Shown: one piece after another, positions 54,700 to 64,000 of the stretch
How positions within the stretch are numbered: the stretch's first letter is position 1
Layout of the letters: every line of letters begins with the position of its first letter
Assembly: GCF_964355755.1 (NCBI RefSeq)
Contig: NC_092673.1
Span: forward strand, 14,418,948 to 14,482,947
Origin: Antedon mediterranea
Taxonomy: Eukaryota; Animalia; Echinodermata
Direction of reading: 5' to 3'
Length of the DNA: 64,000 nucleotides
Made by a program: the position numbers and the translations under genes
Notes under the pieces: generated by a model
The model's input: only the letters and a program-made list of their open reading frames with translations
The model's database searches: none
What the model was told of the DNA's origin: nothing

Positions 54700-56730
54700 A
54701 TAACTTCGGGAATTCTTATTGCCTCATCTTGGCAGTGTACCTTTCTTTTTTTAAATGGAAGGTCATTAAGCCTTTTCTTTTCCATTGGTAGGTCTACATA
54801 TTTACCGCAACGCCCTGAAATACCAACAAAAATAAATTACGAGCTATATTTAACTTATTCAACAACTTATCCGATGGTACATGATAATGCTTGATGGCAA
54901 TACAACTTACATTGAGATAACTTTCTCTTTGTGGCTTGACATTCGGAAATGGTACCTTTCTTCCCGGGGTCTGTAAACAAAAATATAGTAGTATATGTAT
55001 ACAACTAACATAATAACAATAACGTTTTATTACCTGTTCTTAAACCGCTGCTAATACCACATGGTAGTTTTTTGCTCGACAACGGTTGGGTCTATTTGGG
55101 TGACAGGGATGCCACTTTCCTTAGGCACCGAATATTCACAGATTTCTTCTAGTTTCTGGTTTAATTTTGGAAGATATGTCATACTGTGGATCTTTCTAAT
55201 TACTCCACGGATGCTCTCTGGTAGTGTCATATTTTTTTCATATGTTTTATTGGAAAAATCACTGTTTAGGCATATTGGTTCATAATCTTCCTCAATTACG
55301 GAAATGTCCTCCAAAATGTCATCATCGAGTCCTGAAACCACATCCTCATCAAGGGTGAATATCGGGTGATTCCTTTAATGAGCAGGAAGTATGAGTGAAA
55401 TCATAACAATTCATCCTCATGATTGCATGGTCATGATTTCCACGTTCTAGTGTGTAGGTTGACAATGATGATGAGTGGCTTGGCACTATAAATGAACCTG
55501 GTGCTGTCTCCTTTAGGGAAGGGCTAATTTCTGCCTGGTCGGTCAGCCGCTTTGTACAGTGGTCTAAAAATGGCCTTTTATGGAGGAATTTTGGAAGAAG
55601 TTTGTTGTACTTTCGATATGCGGACGAGGCAATGATATTGCTTTTGACATATCTGATTAGTAAAAAGGTTACATAACTAAATAAAGCAAAAAAATAAATG
55701 GGAATTATATTAATTTCCTACTGAACTGAATTTCATATGACCAGATGGTCTAGTCACACTAACAAAGTAACAAGGCATAACAGTCATTTCAAAGAATGAT
55801 ATACCTTCACTGCATTTCTGGCAAATAATGTTTGATAACTGTCTTCAGCATACCAGTTAACGTACGGTCAGTATAAGTTTGTAGGTAATCATATTTTAAT
55901 GTACGGTTTTGCCTTTCAACACCGTTGTTCGTGTTTACTTTCAAATTAAATCTGTTGACTCGATAACACCAAACCCACTTCTATAGCAGAAATTAAAATA
56001 TAAACCGAAAATGTAAACATTGTACAAATGTAGTCAACCAGACATAATGTAAAAATTATACAATGGGTAAAATATACTGCAGTTCAATTGTATACAATAC
56101 TTTTCAAAAGGAAAACAAACAATATAGACACACACACACACAAAACTGGAATAATTTTGAATTTTGTAATGTTTTTGATATCACCACATTAATTTGAATC
56201 TTAATTGATGTAACTCAATAAATTTCAAATGTTTGCAGATTGTACGGTTATAAATAAAGTTGATTACCTACCTCCGAGTGTTTTAACCATACATTCCTAA
56301 ATGCTATATTCGACTTCCAATAGGTGCTAGACTGAAGCACTTATAATGCTACACAGTCTCCAACCGTCCATCATTATCCTGATTTTCATTTATATTTAAA
56401 TCTCAATTCAATTCTTGAAATTATGAAATGTAGGCTTAATTCCTACCTTGAAATGATTTTTTAATGGCTTTAATTTCACAGTTATCCACCATAAAATTCC
56501 AGTCCTTGAATTTACTCAAAGCCCTTGCGATTGTTTCGTGGTCTTCGTGTATAGTGGAGAAAACGCCGACGACACAATAGTCCACATTTGTTTTTGCACA
56601 CAAAAAGAAAATCGGCACAGCGTATCGAGTTGTTCTATATGTTGCGTCCAGAAGGCATACTTCTCCTTCGTAACATTTCAGAAGTTGCCCCTGAGACTTT
56701 GATTGGTAAATGAATAGAAACATTAAAAAA
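54700..56730 (-). pseudogene. MULE (Mutator) transposase with SWIM region, multi-exon, disabled
   Basis: CLLDATYRTTRYAVPIFFLCAKTNVDY, FMVD, KWVWCYR...NTNNGVERQNRTLKYDYL and YRKYNKLLPKFLHKRP. Confidence 0.85.
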
Positions 56731-56879
56731 AGGAAAATTTTAGTTAATAGATGCAATGTTTGTTTTCTTGTAGATTGCTAATTATTAAAGTGTTAGATAT
56801 ATATATATTATGTTCTATTTCAATAATTGAATAAATATCTTTCGGGATACAAACATTTTAAACAGAAATTAAATCTTAC

Positions 56880-58686
56880 CACGTTTCTCCCGAGTTGACG
56901 GTTTTCCGCTATGAGATTGTGGGCTCTTACAGCCGTCCCCCGGGACTGCGTGGTCTTATAATATGCCTCTTGTCTTGATAACTTGTGGGCCATATGGTCA
57001 GCAACCACAACTCTCTCCCTTTTGTCGCAGTGACCCCAGGACTGATGAAATTATTTAAAGAGAAGGTAATATGTAATGAGTTATTCTACACTTACAAATT
57101 GTGTCCCACATAATTCCCAAAACAAAATATAACTGATGGTTTATCACTTGAAAATAATATTCGTCATCTGTTGTCATCTGTTTTAAAGTAATAAGTAACA
57201 ATCACATACTAGAGTGGCTGCTGCCTTTCTCAAATTGGTGGGATTGATGGGCCTGGTGCTATTTGTTACTTCCGCGGGTCATTTCCTGAGCGCAACCGAT
57301 TGTCGCCCCAGTGCAGCTCAGGAAAAGCTGAATGAGTTGGCCTGCAGTGCTTGAGGTATATTTATTTCAAACCAGCCAGCTCTTCGGTGATTACTAAATT
57401 TGCTGCGCCAAATATACTTGAGGTCTTGTGCTTTGAAATCTGCAAAATCACTTAATTATCATTATTAACATATAACATATAGACAGCATAGCCAAATTGG
57501 TGGGTATAAGGATGTTTTATAATTCACATTATATTCTTACTGTTCTATATAGCTTACTTCATCGACTTCATCATATTTCTGTAGCTGTTGATTTATGTAA
57601 TGACAGCCCACTGAACAACTTAAACTGTGTACAACAACCTTAACATGTAAACTGTTAATTCATATATTCAACAATACATTAAAAAATATATATTGTACTC
57701 ACTTTCATAACTGACATGCCATTTGTGGCTGCTGTTCTTTTGTAGTACTGCTCCAATGTAGCATTCGCCAGAACACCAGTCCTACAACCATTGTTCATGA
57801 CCAGAAGTAGCATTATATGAATGCGGAGGAACCGCTTAGATGGGTTTTCCATACTCTCCCCGTTCTTTATCCTTTCTGAAAGTTTGATAAACAGTTTTTT
57901 AATACCAACTATATTTGGTTAAGGGACCGCTTTAGTAATAAACGTCTGTTGAATCAAACATCAGTGGATTTGTATAAGTGAAGGAGCAAGACAGAAAAAA
58001 ACCCACAAAATACGGATTTCTGTAAAAGAAATATATTTTTATGATGAGCATAAATTAAATTAAAATGAAATAAAATAAATACTGTAGAAATAAGAAATAA
58101 ACATGCATGTCTGGTGGATGTTTTCATAAAAGTGTATGCCACATCATTTGATGACTAATTAGTATGGATAAAAGCATTCTATAAACTACTAAAACAAAAT
58201 AATAATGCATACAGAATATCTGGTGGATAGCATTCTATAAAAAAATAGTAATAACATACAATATGATAAATCTTATGATTATGAATACATTTAATGGATA
58301 AAGAAATAATATATAAAAAAACATACCAACTATGCTTTTAATTGTTTTCTCAGATTTTCTAAGATAATGGGATTGTTCGTCCGCCGAAACTAGATCAGCT
58401 TAAAAGAAAATTAAAACATTTTATTATTATTATTTCAATTTAAATAATATGACTTTCAAACATTTGATGAAAAGAAAAAACTTTAATTCAGTAGATGTTA
58501 CCTTTCTTCATGTTTTTTTGCCTTCTCTTCAGAAATGCGCTTTCTGAGATTGATTCAGGCCTTTGCAAGCAAGCAAGCGAAACAGATTTCGATTCATAGA
58601 TAGAAATTTAGTCCAATATCTTGACAAAGGAGCACAGGTAGTGCCTTAAAGTGGAGCCAGCCAGCTTCATTTGTAAATGGACAGCA
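56880..58686 (-). pseudogene. Spliced tyrosine recombinase (phage-integrase fold, Crypton-like)
   Basis: Exon pieces LLLVMNNGCRTGVLANATLEQY, ISKHKTSSIFGAANLV, INPTNLRKAAATL and VADHMAHKLSRQEAYY give the R-K-xxR-H-Y catalytic pattern. The upstream exon is duplicated at about 47555-47780. Confidence 0.75.
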
Positions 58687-59983
58687 CTAAACAATTATAT
58701 AAAAAAAAATGAAAAGAAGAGTACAATACACAAAAATCAAACATTAAAATATGTAATATCTTCATTATAGTAATTAAGATCGAGTGATTCATGGTAGCTT
58801 CACATGGTAGCAGGCCTAATAACATAATAAATACAGCTCACAATCTATAGCTGACATTTAAGATAACTTTTTATTTTAATGCTAAATGAAATTTAAATTG
58901 TTTGGCTTCTTCCTTTTTCTGTTAATATAATTGTAATAAAAAAAGGTTACGTCTTTATTTTCTTTGGAGAATATCCCTTCTCCCCTGCGTCACGTCATAT
59001 TCCCTCGATCTCCTTGATGACCTGTGGTGCATGCTTTGCAGGTATTTTTAATGTCTTCAACATTCACCATCTTCAAAAAGAGTGTGGCTTAAAAACAATA
59101 GTGTTTATATAGTCTGTTATATGCATCTGTTAATTTGCACATACAGACGCACTAAAATTTAATCCTACTTGTCAAGATCATTTATTATACTTTAATACAT
59201 AAATTAAAAATATTGTTCATTTCTCTCTCTTTCTTGTAATACAAAACCAAAACATTGAAATATGGCCATTGTGAATATCTATCAGTGTAATATATTTTGG
59301 TAGTTTGAAATTACTATAATATATTTTATAATCAAAATAATGATGTCAATTTTGTGTTTTCATAACGTTTTTGAATTACATTGAATTTGATTTTAAAGGA
59401 ATTAATAAATAAAACATTTAAAAAATATTAGTTGTTTCTGGCACTTATTTGTAAAATTTGTCACTGTGAGATACATTTTGTTGCCATGTTTACTTGAAAT
59501 GAACATCATGACAACACAGTGTTCCCTCAAATTTAAGCCAATTGTTTCTACGGACAGATGGGAAAGTTTTATCTCGCTAGGCTAGCCTATCATCAGGTTC
59601 TTGGGTTCCTCTCGTTCCGTCTGCTCTCTGTAGGCCTACACACGTACGTACACTAATTGAGTAATTATTGCTAGGTAAAGAGGGTTTATTTATGTCAGGT
59701 TCGTCGACAGTGATATTCCGTCGGCTTTACGTACAATGTACAGTAAATAGATAAATGATGAAAGTACAAGTAGATTAAATTCTCATGAGCCGTATGGCCC
59801 TTTTATTCATAAGGTAGAACTTACAGATTATAATACAAGGTGCAATACAAGTGGAAGTAATGAAAATATGGGATAGATGGTCCGAAGAATTGCTAACGTC
59901 TTACTCGGTCGAAATCAAAATGAAGAGTGCCAGAGGCCTAGGTCCCTGGATAAGTTGTTTACCACAATTTAGTGCGTAGTTAA

Positions 59984-60609
59984 AGCCCCATTCCCTACGT
60001 TTTTTAGATCTAATTTAAGATCACAAACTATATTTAATGTAAAAATAATACTATATGATCCTATTGCGATAAATTTTTTCGTCTTTAAACGGTTAAAAAT
60101 GTGAAAAATAAGTCGATTCTAATAATTATAGCGGCCCGCTATAAATCCCAAAATGCATTGCGCGCGGATTGATATTTTTGTTTTTCACCTGTAATTCGCC
60201 CACTTTTCGATCGATCGTGAGGCCAAAACAAATGGAAGACTCCTAACTTTTCAGCGAAAATACCGGGTTTTCCCCAATTTGTATCAACGGAGTCTGGCAA
60301 AAATAGAAAGACAATTAATGCAGCAACTATAAACCGTCAGGCTAGGTATATAGGTAGCGTACGATGTTCGTACGTTACCGATGTTTACCAGCTAGGCCTA
60401 CAAAACTAAGCCTAGCTAGGCTAGGCCTAAGACCGTCCACGACAGGTCGATCGCCGCGAGCTACTTAGGTAGTGCATTGTTTCTCACTTTTTATCATAAT
60501 TTACCATAAAACGTACATTTAAGACAAGGAATGACATGGTTTAATGTTTTTAAAGTGATATATATGTATTATTTTCCAAAAAACGTCCAAAATTGCAGGG
60601 AAGGGGTCG
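59984..60609. mobile_element. Kolobok-like MITE (626 bp) with TTAA TSD
   Basis: TTAA|AGCCCCATTCCCTAC ... GCAGGGAAGGGGTCG|TTAA; the paralogous empty site GTAGTTAAATTAGAC lies at about 44105-44120. Confidence 0.88.
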
Positions 60610-60849
60610 TTAAATTAGACTCAGAGTAAAATAGCCAATCAGAACTTATTTTGCCTGCTACATTATAGCAATATAGGATATGTTGTACCTTCTATAGTGT
60701 CTTCTGTTTGTTTCATGTGAAAAAGTCCCCTTAATAATATGAGGTTCTAATGTATTGTATAAAAACTACTTTTTTAATTAGAATAATGTAATGTCAAATA
60801 AAGAAATGAATAAAGAATGGGTCTAACTAAAGCTAAATAATGATAATTA

Positions 60850-61950
60850 CGCCAACTCCAGGTTTTTTTTTAATTGCTTCACAAACACCTTCCATTTCTT
60901 GACCAATGTTATGCGAAATGTAGTTTTTATATTATATTTGTCACCACAGAATGAAGGAAATATCTATTATTTTTTACATTTTTTTCGAGGTGAAATTAAG
61001 TTATGGACAAAACTCACCAGTTCATCAGTAGTAGGATTGATAATACCCAGATTGATTTCTTCCTCTACAGTTTCTTGTAGGTAATCAATATTACTAACAT
61101 CTGCAGCTGTTGCATCATAATTGATCACAGGTTCATGTAATCGATGTTAATGCGTGCTCAGCGATTTCTTGAATTTGTACAAGTTCATCCTTCTTAAAAC
61201 TAAAATTACAACTAATACAGGGAATTGCAGAAAATATTTTATTTGTGCAGTCTGTGCAGAAGAAGTGGCCAAATGGTGTCTGAACGCTATCAAGAGACAA
61301 AATTCTACTGCAAATCAGGTATTCGTAAATTTGATCACATTAATTTAGGATTTTGAACTGCTGACTGATTGTGGCCAGCGGCAGAGGAACTGAAACAAAA
61401 CTACCGCTTGTGCCTCTTTGGAAATTATGTTTCTGTCTTGGTCTCTGTTGATTTTGGTACAAGAAGCATGGTAAACATCTTCTTCATGTGGTTGATAATG
61501 AAATGGCGAAAGTATTTATAAAACCTTGAATAGCAAGTTGAACAAAGTGCCTCTGGATTATTAGCATTTTCAATTTCAAACAAAGGTGGTACAGTATTTT
61601 CTTCATATTTGCCAAAGTGTACCTCTCATCTTTTTCTTAAATTTTTTTCCTGCTATCAAAACATATTAATGACAATGCCTTCTCGTTTTTGGTACAAGAA
61701 GCATGATAAACATCTTTCTTCATGTGGTCGATAATAAAATGGCGAAAGAGAATGCCCTTTATAAAACCTTGAATGGCAAGTTGAACCAAGTGCCTCTGGA
61801 TTATTAGCATTTTCAATTTCAAATAAAGGTGGTATTTTCTTCATATTTGCAAAAGTGTACCTCTTATCTTTTTCTTTAATTTTTTTCCTGCAATCAAAAC
61901 ATATAGATGATAATGTCATCTCGTTTTATATATTCGTCTTAGTGATTGTT
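60850..61950 (-). pseudogene. Second RAG1-N-like gene remnant: tandemly duplicated Chapa finger plus RING
   Basis: LSSICFDCRKK...NPEALGSTC...RPHEERCLSC occurs twice (235-bp tandem, 61452-61927). It is followed by YEYLICSRIL-DSVQTPFGHFFCTDC...CISC and a GTGAGT donor at about 61017. Confidence 0.65.
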
Positions 61951-62599
61951 TTTTATCATTATGCTGTATTAAAATCATAACAAATCTGGTTTCCAACCAG
62001 CAAATACTAACCATGATTGATATTGATAACTTTATTGAAAACACATTAAATCGACTATAAATGATACTGGTATCTTTCTGACGTTCACGAAAGTTTGATA
62101 ACCTCCCGCAAACAAATTTTCAATCTTCCGTGGTTTAGAAAACGACGTCTGCTAACACTGGGGGCGCTTCACTTTTTCTAAAATATTATCATAGGTTGAA
62201 ACAGCTGTGTGATAATATTTCAATAAAAAGAATTACAGAATGTGTATTTTAATAATAGATAAAGGAAGACAGAGTTTAACAAAACAAAGAGTACTATAAA
62301 TCAAATAAAACACCAAGGTAGCACCCAAACCAGGGTATGGGTTACAAAATATGTGTGTGTACCCCTGTTTACATCAGTGAATTCTTGATATTTTGAATAC
62401 AATAAATACAGAGAAAGAGGTCTACGAGTTATGTAATGATTGTGACATATTTTACAAATTTAAATTGATGTTCGTATCAAATTTTTGTTACAGTATAATA
62501 TTGCTGTCAACAAACCTTGTACCTAAGTTCACCACCTCCCACACTTTCAAGCTTTCACCAGAAAGTGAAGTCCGCAAAACAATGATTTAGTTTAGCTAA

Positions 62600-63450
62600 T
62601 TTAACCTGTTCCCCTTCATTTAACCTATCCCACCCATTAATGACATTGGGCAACACCCCTTCCCTATACTTCTATTAAACTTATACTGTGTTGCGCACCT
62701 ATCACTTATCACATTCTTAGCACTAGCAACTATCCTCTCTGCCATTATCCATCTGTGCTCACCAACTTATCAAAAATGTCTTTCAGCACATCCACAGCTG
62801 ATTCAGCTAACCGGAGGCTGTTTCCTTTACCCCAAAGTAGTGCTTTGTTGTTAAGATTTACATCATAAGCAAGGTAATGATGTCCAAATTTTGTTGTGCC
62901 ATCACTGCACAAAGTGGTGTTAGAACTACCACCATCAATCAAAAGTTCATCTATAATATGTAAATGAGCAAGACCTCCGGCTTCAAGAAACATATCACTT
63001 GCAAACGATTTTTTTGGCAAGCGAGTAGCCGCCACCCCTTCCATTTTTTAAGGATCATTCGCACATTTGCTTCCACATTACGGATGCCTATACCTAGTTT
63101 AAAGAGATCTACATATACATACCTTACATTATTTGTGTATTTACCCTCCTGAAAAGTTTCTAATTTATGGTCAACTGTGACCCTATTTAAACTTTCCTCT
63201 AACTCTAATCTGGTGTTCTCTAGTTATTTTAAGTCCCTGTCACAATATTACTGCCCGACACAAACACAAACTAGTAATAATATGTTTAAATGATTTAATA
63301 GTTCAAAATACAGTTTGTTTAAAACGGATATATTCAATGCACAACAACAGTCCACGTGACTCTGTCCGTGTACTTCGGCACTCACAATCATTTGTTCCAC
63401 AGTGTTCCAGTACTGCAATGATCACTAGAAGACTACTACTACATTTAGCT
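62600..63450 (-). pseudogene. hAT-like DDE transposase fragment (superfamily uncertain); second copy at 52130-53150
   Basis: TFQEGKYTNNVR, LGIGIRNVEANVRMILKKM..TRLP, TTLCSDGTTKFGHHY and KNVISDRCAT, with two candidate catalytic Asp residues. Confidence 0.6.
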
Positions 63451-64000
63451 ACCTTTTATTTACGTACTCTGAATAATGTGCCTTAGCTAAGGTGTACAGC
63501 AACATTCTTAGCCCACATCTATTCTATACGACCAGTACTGTGCAACTACTAATCTATCCTGCTAATTAGCATAACAAGTGATACCGTGTGTGCAAGTGAG
63601 CATCCAATCAGAGGCTGCCACTTGTTGCATACATAAAGATAAAGAATGTTCTGCACTAATTAACTTCTATTGTATTGTAAAAGATCGTAACGTAAAAAAC
63701 ATAAATTTAACTTATCTTGTGACAGTCCCTTATCAAGGATAAGGTTAGATTTTTTCCTCTACTTATTACGTTGTGACTGTAGTGATTTAATTTTAGTACA
63801 CTGAAGGTGTATGACATCTTATTTTGCTTATTTAGTGTTAATGCTTGCATGTCAGAAAAGTCTAAGTAATAAGTTGCCTTTCCTTTTCAAGCAGGGTCCT
63901 ATCTTAAGCAATTCACTTAGCTTTGCTTTCATTGCCTCATTTTCTAAGTTAGATTTTAGTTCTTTAATTATTTTATTAGACTCTTGGTTTTGTTAGGTCA

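Noticed and set aside
59400-62211. Complete ProtoRAG (RAG1 core plus RAG2-like gene)
   Set aside because: No nonamer-binding, DDE core or kelch-repeat sequence is recognisable downstream of the RING.

Overview
AT-rich, intron-containing animal genomic DNA (probably a marine invertebrate; the taxon cannot be fixed from sequence). It consists almost entirely of transposable elements, and I found no conventional host gene. The left part (1-37 kb) holds nested elements with recognisable ends in mixed orientation. The main one is a 13.2-kb Kolobok DNA transposon (TTAA TSD, 19-bp TIRs). Its 13-exon DDE transposase splices by hand into an open 734-aa frame, its convergent KolX/P2X7-ballast-like partner is disabled, and a third TIR copy sits at the KolX stop codon. 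The left part also has two Academ elements, Rex1/Babar-like, RTE-X-like and L2/CR1-like LINE pieces, a tRNA-derived SINE and several MITEs with clear TSDs. A 173-bp satellite (37.0-38.2 kb) marks a change in architecture. From 38.9 to 64 kb there is a mosaic of short, mostly terminus-less coding fragments from about 11 unrelated families (pogo, THAP-Kolobok, HECT, hAT-like, two RAG1-N-like Chapa+RING, Sola, Myb-like, hAT, MULE-SWIM, tyrosine recombinase). All lie on the minus strand and have been shuffled by local duplication and microhomology-mediated deletion. This layout resembles a uni-strand piRNA cluster or a fragment-capturing element. Family assignments come from recognising motifs by eye, not from database searches.
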